A stretch of DNA of 64,000 bases, taken from the NCBI GenBank assembly GCA_026770705.1, contig JANJGN010000021.1:90458001-90522000 (forward strand), in the 5' to 3' direction. Origin of the DNA: Isurus oxyrinchus (Eukaryota). A program made the position numbers and the translations under genes. This document shows positions 1 to 13,500 of the stretch, in pieces. Under the pieces are notes generated by a model, which saw only the letters and a program-made list of their open reading frames with translations, was not told the DNA's origin and ran no database searches. Numbering within the stretch: the stretch's first letter is position 1; the number at the start of each line of letters is the position of its first letter.

Positions 1-254
1 TTTTGCTTTGACGTGCTAATGCTTTCATTTTCAAGATATGGAAATTCGTGTGGTGCCAGCTGTTCTATTATTCACAACTCGGCGATTAGATGTGGAATGA
101 CTGAACGCATTGATGCTATTTGTTGCTGCTGGAGTTGCTCCCTCTACCGCTCTCTCTATCACATACTGCTTCTGCTCTGTGACATGCTGCCTTGTATTGT
201 ACACTCATTAAAGTGGCACTTCCCTTTTCGTTATACAAGATATATTTAAATATA

Positions 255-1170
255 TCATGCACCAGGCATGATGTTCTGCACTGCCATTAGCATGGTTCAT
301 CCTCTGGCTTGGGGACAAAAAGTAGAGTGATGAAATTAAGAAGCCCTGAGGATGCAGATTGTGGTTGAATGCAATTCTGCCTCTGCTGATGGACAACAGC
401 AGCTCATGCATGCACAGATTTGAGCTGCTAGATCTGTTCTGATCCTATTTATTTTCAAGTAGCATAATGTAGCTATTTTCACTGAGTATATGGCCTTTGT
501 CTTCACAAGGGCCCTGCGGTGCTCACTCTTAGGAGTGCTGCTATTCACTGTTGAATTTGCAGCAGGTAGGTTGGAGAACGTGAGCGCAATACGTTTCCTT
601 CGTTGTTGATATTTATTTCCGAACCTGACGCATGCCCAGACTGGCAGACCTGAGTCAGAAGTCCGCCAGCTGGGTCAGTAATGCCGTTCCCGAGCCAATG
701 CTGGTGATTAGCATTGTAGTCCTTTACCGAGAATGCATTATGTGACTTCCCTTCCCTGAGTGTTTCTTCCAAATGGTGTTAAGCAATGAGGATTTTTTAT
801 TCTTCAGCTGTCGTATACGATTCGTTCGAAGGTTCCAAAAGTTCCGTACACTTGTTTTACCTCGTGCTATGGAGTCTATCGTTCATGGGGTCTATCGTCA
901 GAGAACTGGTATCAAGAGGAAAGCCCTCCAAACTGTTTATTTCTGAGGCACCACCAATGACGGGTCTGTGCAGTCAGTGGTGACAACACGAAGAAAAGAC
1001 ACATGTTTCTTGAACATTAGCTATAACGTATAATTCGGTGAGTGTGATAATGTAAAGCTGCTGCTTGGCTTGTCTGTGGAACAGCTTATTTGGCATAAGA
1101 ACACTTGTTCATAATGAGAGCATCGACCTTTCTGCTGCTTCCTTATTGCCGGTTGTTTTTTTTCCAGTTT
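255..1170 (-). mobile_element. Degenerate LINE (CR1/L2 superclade) AP-endonuclease fragment; copy at ~40920-41530
   Basis: ORF 545-772 'EETLRE..HNAFSVKDYNANHQHWLG..ITDPAG' fits the APE motif W-x-GDFN-x-HH-x-x-WLG. Confidence 0.7.
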
Positions 1171-1541
1171 GATTCACTTTCGAATGTTCTGTAACAGTTC
1201 AATTCAACTAATTTCTTTTCACACCTTTACATCGGAAGAAAAGGAATACCTGGCAATTTGTAAAAAAAGAAGAGGCAAAAAGTAACAAGAATAAATGGGT
1301 ATGAGAAAATATTAGCTGAAGGGAAAGGGTACTCTGCCATCTCTTTTTTTCTTCCTTATTCTGTCACCGGTTCACTGTTTATATGCCAATCATAACATAC
1401 AATTTGCGAACACCAAAAATAATTGTTCATTTTTACTTGACATCATGCTCCTAATCTTTTAACTTTCAAAACCAATTTAGCATTTTGGACATTTACTCAA
1501 AATTGATATGAGTTTCGATCTTTTTTTCTCTTCTTCTGCAG

Positions 1542-4500
1542 AAGAAAATATGGAAAAATTTGCAGGTAATGGGAGCTATGAAATAATGGGGATATTATTT
1601 TTCTTCGATCATTTGTTTCCTTATAAAAAAATTAAAAAGTTAAATTTTCGACTTACTAGCCATTCACAAATGGAAACTCCAGTTACATTAATTTTTAGAA
1701 TTCCTTTCTTTTAACTGTTACTAAAAAAAAGCTTTCAATATAATACTGGTATCCCCCCTCGAAATTAAACCAAACAAATTGAGCCAAATATGGCACTGTT
1801 GTTACTTACTCTGTTCTTTTTTACCTCTCAATTAGTTCGGCCATATTCCCAGGCACTCAGCATTCTTTGAAGCCATCAAAATAAAATAGGATGAGTCGTA
1901 GCAATTTCGAACAAGGCAAATTTAAGGATACTGGAAGGAAAGAATGTTTTGACGGAGTCAAGGCATGATTTGTTTTTTTGGTTATATTTGAGAAACAATA
2001 AAATATATGCAATCGTATTTGGTATATTTTACAGACCTCCAAATTATCTGAAGGTGGTAGTGAAGAATTCATGAGAAATGCGAGAGATATAGAGTAGTGC
2101 TTTTTTTCCATTTACTATTTTTCGGGGGAATATAGCAGGAATTTTTTGAAGCTGAATTATTTCGAATATCCAGGCAGACATTGCCATCAAGTATATTAAC
2201 AGCTAAGGGTTCCCAGTTGAACTTTGCACACCCTTAGAGCGTGCAATCACCAGAAAGACACTGGGAACTAGACTGGATAAGGTGGATGGAAACAACACGG
2301 ATTAAGTGTCCTGGGGACCAGACTGGAGGCAAAGGTTGAACATTATATAGATTAAATGTGCTCTTAAACAGATAAGGACAGGACAGGTGGTTCCAGCTTA
2401 GATTAGGAGAGATAGCTCTGCCTGGGTGTAGGGGAATGTAAATAGCTATGTGTTGACAACATAGGAATCTGAACAATGTTCTTGTACAATGTTCTTGTAC
2501 GTCACCAGTAATGTATAAATATGCTGAATACTTCTAATTTAGCAGAGTGTTACCTCAAAATGTTTTAGGTGGTTCTCTCCTTGCAATCGCTCGAATAAAT
2601 CATCATAGCCTGTACCTGATCCTACTGTTGTTCGTTCATCAAAGATATCACAACAATGTTTTCCATTGTACTTCAGTCTAATTTTATTTTTTGGGATTCT
2701 GCCCTAATCCCAATAATATACTATCTTTGCAACGTTTGATGTCATCTATAAATGCATGTTTCTCGTATCCTTCTTAGACACATTCAGACATAGCATGGCG
2801 ACATAGTTCAACCACCTTGATATACGTGTTTTCATTATCAGTTGCAGTGGATGCAATCAAAGAGGGTAAGATGGATGTATGTGGCAATATGAGACTTTAG
2901 TTCTTTTTAGCTTGGTTCCTAATGATCACCAACAATTTGAAACATATATCTTGAAAGTGACTATGTGGTACATAGCTTTTAACATCAACTCTGAGATACT
3001 TCGCCACTATATAGAAAATTTCATTGTTCACCGAAATACAACTGTTGCATTTAATTTAAATTGTTTCCAATGCACGTCAATTTTTTTATATTTCAGAGAA
3101 CATTTTCCTGAGGGAACAGCTTGGTAAATTGATAATTTGAATAAAGTAATTATCCTACATATGTGGCATTGCTACCCATTTTTGTAATTATCGAAGTGTC
3201 TGCCTTCTTTAATCATGTGCTTTGTAATAACAGTGATTAAATTGAAGGATGAAAAAAAATGACTTTTCTGAAATCTGCCGGAATGGCCCTCGAAATCGAA
3301 TGCCTATTAGAAAATGTTGATTGATTTCCAAAAGATATCACAAATTAACATTCACGTTCTTCATGCACTCATGTATCCATCCCAGTTCACCAGCAAGCGA
3401 AAAAGTCTATCTGATCACCAGACCTGGCATGTTTTGAGGTTTTCCAAGTAAGAAGAATGCAGAGCAAATAAGTAAAAGTCTGATAAATCATGCAATTTAT
3501 GTATTTGTTTTGAAGCATCAGTACGTGAGCATGAGTTGGCAATTTTTCACACAACTCAAACATTGGGGAATTTGTTTCCCTATTTATGGTTTAATTATAT
3601 ATGTTTTTGTTGTCGTGGTACATTTATCCAATCGCATAGTGTTAAAGAAAATGCTCCCATATGCCATTCAATCTAAGCAGCTGCAGTCGTCTAAGGCTGC
3701 CTGAAAAGTAGGTGCTTAAAATGACAATTGCTGGAACTTGATAGGTGTCACACCAGATTTTGCTGCTCGCCTGCTGAAAGCCAGCCTGCCAATTTACGGG
3801 TACTGTGAGGTGTTGTCAAGCCGAAGAGCTGTTGGCCCTTTGAATATATAACTGAGTGGCATAACGGCTGTAAAATGCCCCTTTGACAAAATTGACACGT
3901 TATCTTGGACGGTTTCAGACAGACCCTGCTGAATTTTTGTTCAGAAAACTCCCCATACACAGAAAATATAAAATCTATTTTAATTTATTTCAAATTAGAG
4001 CCTCTCGTGGAGGCAGCAGGAACTGAAATGGTCCATGTCGACCACATTTTCGTAAGGATTGCATTGTTGTCCATCCATTCAACTGCAAACTTCAACCACC
4101 TTTTGGTACTTGCATAACGCCTGTGTTGACACCTGTTTCTCTGTGTCTCAAGCTGATTTTGGTAGCAATGTGCACTACTATGTGAAGTTTCTGTTGGTTC
4201 CAGGTCATCTTTGGTGGAGAGTACATCACAGCATATCTTATCTTTTTCAGTATGGTGCGTGTGTGTGTCTATCTGTGTATATGTCTGCTTGTGTGGTGGT
4301 GAGCAGAAAATAAACCCTATTACCATGTGTTCTTATTAAAATAGATTTGAGCGATGAACAGTCGTATGGATACTGGGGCAATTTTGCAAACTGTGTTTAA
4401 TGTAGGCCAGTGTTAACATTTATTTCTCCGCTGTTCAAACTAATCTGTACCACAGGATAAGGAAGGACGTTTGATTTAAATAATAATTACTTTCACAAAT

Positions 4501-7500
4501 TGTTCATTTCCATGTTAATGTGTGTTTTACAAATTGTTCTACTAAATGAGGCCAAACGATACAGTTAAACTTTGCAGAGTTATAGACAGGAGGGTGCAGA
4601 ATAATGTACGCACAGAAGTATTCCATTACCTCATGTGCATCGTAATTATGCCATCATATAACGCAGCCAAATTTGTGATGCAACCTTGCTTTCTGGTTCA
4701 AGTTATGTCAGTCTCAAGCTGATTTTGGTAGCAATGTGGATTACTGTGTGAACTTTCTGTTGGTTCCAGGTCATCTTTGGTGGAGAGTACATCACAGCAT
4801 ATCTTATCTTTTCAGTATGGTGCGTGTGTGCGTCTATCTGTGTATATGTCTGCTTGTGTAGTGGTGAGCAGAAAATAAACCCTATTACCATGTGTTCTTA
4901 TTAAAATAGAGTTGAGTGATGAACAGTCATACGGATACTGGGGCAATTTTACAAACTGTGTTTATTGTAGGTCAGTGTTAACATTTATTTCTCTGCTGTT
5001 CAAACTAATCTGTACCACAGAATAAGGAAGGACGTTTGATTTAAGTAATAATTACTTTCACAAATTGTTCATTTCCATGTTAAAGTGTGTTTTACAAATT
5101 GTTCTACTAAATGAGGCCAAACGATACAGTTACACTTTGCAGAGTTATAGACAGGAGGGTGCAGAATAATGTACGCACAGAAGTATTCCATTACCTCATG
5201 CGCATCGTAACTATGCCATCATATAACGCAGCCAAATTTGTGATGCAACCTTGCTTTCTGGTTCAAGTTATGTCAGTTGTAAAACATGCAACTGTAAATA
5301 AATTAAATTGAAATTATGAAGGATTGAAGCATTATGCCAAATTAAAATAATCATATGTCATCAAACTGATTCATCTGCAAATATAAATAACTGGGTGCTT
5401 AATTTGTGCTTTACTTTGGTATGTTTCATCAGCTGAAAAGATACAGGAAGGCGCAGGTAATCGGCACACAAATGTTTATTTGTCCCCTTTAAGAGGCGAA
5501 AAATGCCCTGCATCTTATCGAAACTCAATGTGTGTTCTATTGCTCCTTTAATATGTATCCATGGTTTGGTATGCTGCAGCACAAACTTTCACCTTGTTCA
5601 AACGAATTACATCCAGTGCCTAATTTAAGATTGCACATTTTCCTGTACCCTGAAACAAACTGTTTCAAGTATTCTATTAAAGAAAGACACATGGCAGATT
5701 ACGAATTGGAGAACGCCAGCTTTCCTTCGGCGTTGTCCCGCCAACACAACTACTCAAACCTGGTAGGGCCATAAACATTGGAAGAGCAAACAATTATTAA
5801 ATCAAACAGTGTTGACTGTTAAAATATTATATTTTCCTTATCATGGTCTTCAAACTGTTAAAAAAAACTCGAAACAACAATGAAACAACTGTTTTCATCA
5901 TGTGAAACCAAAGAATAGTACTTTACACTGAAATGTTATTATGCCCAATATTGTTCAGTTGATGTATGACCATTTATTATGCAAAGAACAGCTCAGCTAA
6001 AATGCCAGTTATCACGACTCATTAAATTGGTCAACGCCTTCTTGTCATTTTTACGTATTTTTTTCATTCAGCGTAACAACAACTCATGAAATGGCCTTTT
6101 AAATTATTAAGAATATGACACTTTAAGAACACTCCTTTGTTCTCGGATTTAGAGGAAATACAACCATCATCGAGTAAGAATGATGTATTTTCAGATTGTA
6201 TCTAATATTGCAACGTAGTGCTGATTATTCAACACACTGATCGTAGCAAATTATGCCAGATACCTATACTCACCATTTGCCTCTCAGCAATCAGAAGAGA
6301 GCAGCCTTGAAAGCTGAGTCTATAGTCCATAGAATTTAAGAAAGCTTATTTCAGTATAAACTCCATGAGCCTCCAGTAAGAAATGCTTAGGTTTATGACT
6401 AAAAAGCACTTGTTATATTTGTTCCTGTTTATATACATCAAGAAGATTCGGGACCAGTTTTCTGCATGTTCTGGGCACACGATCGAATATTTTTCATGTT
6501 ACATCATTAGGAAAAAGATAGTTACAGAAATAGAGTGCATTTTCAGCTCAGATTACAAAAAATGGAGTGCCTACTGAGCAAGAAGGGGACTATATACTGA
6601 AAGCCAGGTAAAACAATAGATAAAGCGATATTCCAGCTAACGTTTTCAGGAGCGTGGAAATTGAACTTTGCTGAGAACCCATAAAGGGAAATAACCTACA
6701 GGCCGCAGTTGTACATCTTGTCTGTCCCCATGCCAGTGGGCGACTGCTTGCTAATAGCGCTGGCTAAGGTATAATTTTATGCTCATTCTGATAAATGGAG
6801 GAGCCGTTTTATGTTGAAAGGGCAATCAATATGTCAAATTGATGTTTGCTCACAGGTCAACTGCTCAAACTGAAATGTAAAATCGTAGAATGGAAAATAT
6901 TCTAATTCTGAAAAGTATGTTATGTGCATCAAGGCGAAAATTTAATTTTAGGTGAAATACGGAATCTTGGAATCTTATTGTTTTTGCGCACTACAACAGG
7001 CCAGTGTGATATATGTTTTAAATTATATGCCGATCGTTTTGCATTCAGAGCATTTTCCCCTACATCTGGACCAACTGGCGGCATTTATTTTGTTTTAAAC
7101 ACATGAAGTTCAATATTATGTAAACGTGAATAGAAATTATATGGAAGGAAGTTGTTCTCATATTCCCTCAATAATGAACACTCTTCCCTGGGTAGGATTT
7201 CCTCAGGCATTCCAAAGGTGAAGCGTAATTTTGACCCCTTTCTATTCCATTCAAGTTGAGGTAAATATCAACATTTTATTAACTGGTAAGGTTTCCTATT
7301 TGCAGCTGTGTAATCATTTATTATCATTCATTACTGGGATTTGAACATCTTTGGCAAGGCAAGCAAACACTGCAAAATGCTTATTGTCCTCCGGAGATGA
7401 TCGGGACTTGCAGTCATGAGTACTGTTGCAATCGACAGAACTGTCTTTAAAGCAACAATAATAGAAATAGTCGCACTTTAAAAAAATACAATTTTTTAAA

Positions 7501-10500
7501 CAATCAATACAAAATCATCTAAATGGCACATGAATTAAATGGCAAGTAAAGGTCAATAATAGCAATAAATTAAACTTAAATATCAGTTGCAACAAAGATA
7601 GATTTTTACGACACACTCTGCAATCCATTCAGCTTGTATTACCCCGATTTCAAATGCAGACACCTTCAGAACTGTAACCCTCCACAGATAGAATTCAAGC
7701 TCCTTATCTACAAGGCTTGGCCAAATGTTTACAGCCGACAGGACCTCACCCTCAAACGTTATTCAACCGGTAATGTCTTAAAGAAATGCTTATTTCCATG
7801 GAACTTCTCACCTCTGAGCAGGACGTCTCTGACAAGGTGGATGCAACTTATATCCGGAGCCTCATTGACAACCCTCACCATTGTCTTACTAGTCTTGTGC
7901 TATCGGTTTCTTTGAAATACTGAAACTGCGACTGTAAGTTCTTTTCTCCCCCTGACATGCACTCCCATGCCTGGCCGTCCTGTTCATTTATTTATGTGAC
8001 TTCACGACTTCTGCCCTTTTTTCACATCGGCTAGGTGTCACGCTATTGAATCCATACTTGAAGAGCAATGTGTTGAAAACATCCCCCTGCACAGGGAACT
8101 TGCCACCACGGGGGGCTCACTAAATATTTCTTGTTTAAAATGCATGCTTTCCATGGCTCAGGCGCAAAACCTGAGGTTCCAGCAGCACACCTCCATGCCC
8201 CCTCGCCCCGACACCTCGCACTACATACATTTCTGTTGCTGGGTCGAATCCCTGGAACTCCTTCACTAACAGAACTGTTGACATATTTAGGCCACATGAG
8301 CTGCAGCGGTTCAAGAAGTCAGCACGCCACCACTTTCTCAAGGGCAGTATGGGACAGGCATTAAAATCTCGCCCAGACAAGCTCCCGAACATCCCATGAA
8401 TGAACAAATAATAAAAAAAGAAATGGTACAAAAAGGTGCACTGTTCTTATAACCTGTTCGTGGAAGGCATTTGGCACACAGCTTAAAAGCTTTTCGACAA
8501 AACTTTTAGGAAGGATGTGAGGAAAAGATTTTTTGATGCAGTGTGTAGTAATGCCATGGAGGCAGAGAACGACCACGGTTGCCCCACTGAGTTCCATATG
8601 AGGGCAATTAATTATCCTATAAGGGAACTTGAGCGCCGAAGGTGGGGGCGGGGAGTGGGTGCTGGGGGATCCAATACACTTGAAAACCCTTGCGTCCTGT
8701 CAAAAGACCAGGCCACTCTGGTATTACTCCTCAGCTGGCGTCAAAACATATTTTCAGACTCCCCGTTCGACTTTTATAATGCATGAAAAGTATTTGTTCC
8801 CACTTAATTACTGTAAAAGCAAAACCTCTACGTTCTGTAGCCATCATTGCCAACGACTCCATTCATCTTCATTGCAACTGTATGAGAGTGAACTATTCGG
8901 AAATTTCATCCTGCATTTGACATCCTGATAAGCTCATGAACAGGGATCTTTGGCATGACTAAAGTGATGTTTTTCCAGCTCTGTTACATCACGTATCTTA
9001 CTTTCTCCTCTGCTTATCTGATGGTGACACATTCATCTCTACTCATATAAACTCTGCAATTAGTTATTCACCACACTCCAACTAGGTTCTAACTTCTCTA
9101 AATTTGAAGGCATCCAAAGCCTTGCTTGCCTTTCTCTTTCACGCATCACCCCCGTGGTCTTTCAGCACAATGGCTCCCGGTTATGCTGGACCTCAATTTA
9201 AAAAATCTAATTAATGTTTTTAAATCCTCTAGTGGCCTCATTGCTCCCTAGTTGTGTACACTGCTCAAGGTCTCAGATTTTTCATCATCTCTGAATTTGG
9301 CATCTTGAACACCGGTAGGTATAACCACTCCAATATTGCCGGCCATGCGTTCAGTACCGAGATCCTAAATTCCCAAGATTTCTCCCTTTGCTCAGCTCTT
9401 TATTGGTCTCCTAAATAGCTCACTTTGTTAAGCAAAGCATTTGAGTCTATCCATTAAGAGATCCTCCTAAGATGCGGTCTTACATCTGCTTTGATAATGT
9501 TCTAATGGAAAATCTTGCGACATTTTACGTACACAAATGCACTGTCCAAAGAAAAATTCCTGTTAATGTCTTTACAATGATATGCTTAGTCCAGTGTATC
9601 TAACTTTATTTTATTGAAAGCGGCCTGATAATTCTTCATTACTGCCATATTGCCTATCACCAGTAAAAGTTTAGATTTACGCTATTTCAGGTTTTAGTTC
9701 CTGATGGAGATGCCTAAAAATAAGAAAGCTTATCTTTTAATAATTTATATTTAATTTGCTTATCTGTATCTCTCCTAATCTTTTTTTTCTTAATTCTTCT
9801 TTATTACTAGTACATCGAATTAATTCCTAATTGTTTACAAAAAAGGATTGGCTTTTCGTTGAATTATTTGTTCTAACTTACACGATTTGGTTCAGAGTAT
9901 GTTTTGCTCAGATAAAATCTTCAATTTAGTTCGCAAATAGATTTAAAACATGTCTCGCACCGATCATTACCATCCCAGACGTCCTGTTAAGTGCCAGGGC
10001 ATTTTGGCATTCCAGTCAACATCATTATAACCGATTATTTGGTCATTTTCACATTGCCCCTTGTGGGAGCTTGCTGTGCTCAAAATTGGTGTCCGTGCAT
10101 TCTTCATTTCAAGAGTAACTACGATTTAGATGGATATATTTCATTGAACAGCGCGTTGACAGCAAAGTGACCGTAAGTCTTTCATTTTGTTAAATAATGC
10201 AGGCATCATTTAGCAATAGCGCAGTGATGACTTCAGTCTTCAACAGATGAACACCATTGCTCATTCGAAAATCTATTAGAAATGCGCACAGTTGGAGCAC
10301 CCAAAGGAAAATGATGTATAATCTTGTATTTCAAAATGCATACACGATTCAAGAAAAACAGCATTGTATTTCGGCATTGTCATTTTAAGTACAGGGCTCT
10401 ACGAAGATTTCATCGAACTACGTTGATTGAAATGCAGTTAAACCATCAAGTAGCCTAACGGCACAGCCAATTTGCTCACAAATACCTTTCCAAATAGCAA

Positions 10501-13500
10501 GTGAGACACTCACCGGGCAAGCATTGCTTCTCCAGTGGGAGTAATGTAGAGGTTAGCCTCCCAAAATCATCTAACCTGATGTTGTGCGAATTGTACCCTG
10601 GAGGCATCCACGTGTCCCAGAGTGGTAAGATGAAATCTGAGTTTACAATTTCAGTGAAATAAAATGACACGTAACATTACCACTACATCATATTACCACT
10701 ACAACATTTTTCCAGCTATGGTCAAAAGCAGGCCATCGCTAGAGACGAGATGTAATTGGGGGCAGTTAAATCTTCCACAGAGTTGCCTTACCATTCAGGA
10801 CGATAGCACTTTGATAACATCAGCTGTGCCAAAGCTAGAGGTGGACAATGCCTCTGGTTCTGTCTGGGCGAATTAAACTGCCTCAAAAGGAATTTCTTTT
10901 GAATGAGCATGGACACCTGCGACATATTCGAAATATTCCAGCCATGGAAGCAGCGTTCTCATTCATGTGTGCGTGCGTGTGTCGGGGCTGTGTGGATGGT
11001 GGGTGGTGGTGAGCGGTCAACCGGTGATAGAGGAGTTTGGCTATCCTGATAACCACTTGGCAGGCCGCCAGATTCTTCTGACGGTCCCTTCAGGCTGTGC
11101 CCAGTCACAAGAAGTAGCTAACATGCCAATGATGCAGGCGTTTTCTATTATTAGGCACAAGATGTAAAACATGAATTTGTCAGCTCAGATCATCTGTTTC
11201 TGTAGATTGAATGGCTCTTCCTGAGACATAAGTGAAGATGCTGCCATCCAATGAACTCTGACGTGGTAATCCTGATATTTATTTTCTAGTTTCATGAAAG
11301 GCATGTGGAAATACTGGCAAGGCCGCATCTATTTCCCAATTGTAATCAACCTTGAGATGGTGGGAATTGCATTCTCGAAAGGTTATAATCCAGCTGGTGC
11401 AGGTGCTACTGCAGGGATTTTTAAACAGGATTTCCAGGAAATTGATCTAGCAACAGAGAGAAAAGGTGATTTGGCTCCAATTCAGGATGTCAAGAAGCTT
11501 GGAAGGGAAGTTGAAAGGGCACAAATCAGGAGTGTGATGGAATATTCCTCACTGCCTTGACAAGTGCCCCTCCAAAAGCATGCAAGAAGGTTGACACTAT
11601 ACAGGAGAAAGCAGCCCACTTTATTAGCACTACACCCACAAACATGCACACCTCCACCATCAAATCACATTAGCGCCAATGTGCATCAACTACAAGATGC
11701 ATTGCAGGAAGTCTCCAAGGCACCTTTTACAGCAGTTTCCAAACTCAAGACGACGACCATTCAGAAGCTCAAGGGCAGCGGATAGATGGGAACACTACCA
11801 CCTAAAATTCCACCCCACGTTAATCACCATCCTGACTTGAAAAGGTATTGCCATTCCTTCACTGTCGCTGGGTCAAAATCCTGTAACTCCTTCCTTAGAG
11901 CACTGTTGGTGTACAAACTCCACAGCGGTTAAAGTAGGCAGTTCACCAGCAACGTCTCAGGGGCAATTAGGGATAGGCAACAAATGATAGCTCAGCTAGC
12001 GCTCCCCACATCCCCTGAACGAATTGTTTTGAAGAAGAATAAAACGTTTATAAATTGAGGTACGCATCTGCCATGTACCAAGTTCTGACAGGAAGTAATG
12101 TAAAAATGTTAGCTATCAGTAATTCTTTTTCATGCTTAACCTTTCCAATTCGTTTGAAATTCTTTGAGACAAGCATTATGGATACAGTTCCTCTCTGTGC
12201 TGTTGTATAACATCTGTTTTTGCTCTCTTTCAGATGATGGAAATTTCCAGGCTAAATTTAGTAAAGTATCACTCTGCTAGCTCTTCCCATCAGTGTTCGA
12301 AACACGATTAACTTTAGTTGTGTAAAGCTCTAATTGGCCACGCTGAAGCAATAATTATATAGTGTCAGTTAACTGCAATGAATCTTTGTGTTGACCATAT
12401 CTTCATAACAGAATAAAGCACAGAGAGATGCCATTCGGCTTACTTCGTCAATGTCAACACTTTGCAAACACTATACAACTTATCTCACTCCTGCCCAGCG
12501 TTTTTTTCAAATATTTCGCTGAAAACCTGCCCTCAAGACAATCAAATATTTTCGAAATCTTTGGTAATCTCATATCATACTTAAGAATTATTGAGTTTAC
12601 TCTCATCACCTTGCCAGTCAGCACAATCAGACCATAATGTAATGTTCATTTGGATTTGTATTAATGTACGTCATCAAGTAGAGTACCTCACTAGTGAAAG
12701 TTTGGAAATTATCAATGTTGGAAAAGAAGTAAATTGAGGATTCTGTGAGTTAACTTAAAATGCAATTGTGTCCACCTGTTCTATCAGAAACCATTAGAAG
12801 AAAATGCGTTCCCCAAAATCGACAACTTATAAGTAGCAGGAACGGAATTTAATTAAGGTGAACAACAATCCAATTGGATGCTGAAGCATGGATATTCATC
12901 CAGAGAGATGTCGAAAAAGTGATTTTTTTTAATTGGCTGCCCACTCTACGCAGCGCCTGTTCTGTAATTTCATTTAATACACATAATACATACATCAGAA
13001 TGTTGATATATTTTGCCAAAGCCAGAGGATAATATTTTCTTATGTTTGTATTACTTCCAGCGTAGCTGAATTTAGCATCCCTGGCATTCATTGATCTTTT
13101 TCAATACCAGGGCATAGGAGTAAATAATTCAGAATGCAATCTCAAACTTTTGTGGGGCACAGAATAAGGTCAAAAACTCTCTGTAGTGACGTCGGTATTT
13201 ATTTTGCATTGATCTCCACACAATTCAAGTTTCATTCGCTTATTGTTCCTAGCTTACAATTAACAATTCAAAATCTAAAAATAATGACTCATAAAACCAA
13301 GAGTCAACGTTAAATTTGTTATTCAAAATTTAAAATTTACATTTGTTATTTACCAGGGTATTTATTTCTTTTACTTTAGTGGAAACCCTTTTGCAATTGA
13401 GAGGTAACTACAATTCAAAACAGCACGATGCATCCGTGGTCTCGAGCTATCAATCAGTTCGAACAATATATTCTGCATATTCCTTTGAACTCCAAAATGG

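Noticed and set aside
1250-1315. Minus-strand TM-like exon (NIFSYPFILVTFCLFFF), or a plus-strand K-rich exon
   Set aside because: An A-rich tract gives hydrophobic antisense codons automatically, and length and frame differ among the copies.
3985-4326. Minus-strand ORF with 'WSTWT', resembling the WSxWS cytokine-receptor motif
   Set aside because: The motif is not kept in the other copies (RSAWT, VSPRP), there are no minus-strand splice sites, and the frames shift.
7670-7933. Exon-like segments with TM-like 'LTTLTIVLLVLCYRFL' or LRR-like readings
   Set aside because: Lengths and frames are inconsistent between copies, stops are present, and the phase is incompatible with the chain.
13061-13119. 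59-nt AG..GT segment conserved in three units
   Set aside because: Not a multiple of 3; inclusion would throw exon G into a stop-containing frame, and the donor is weak.
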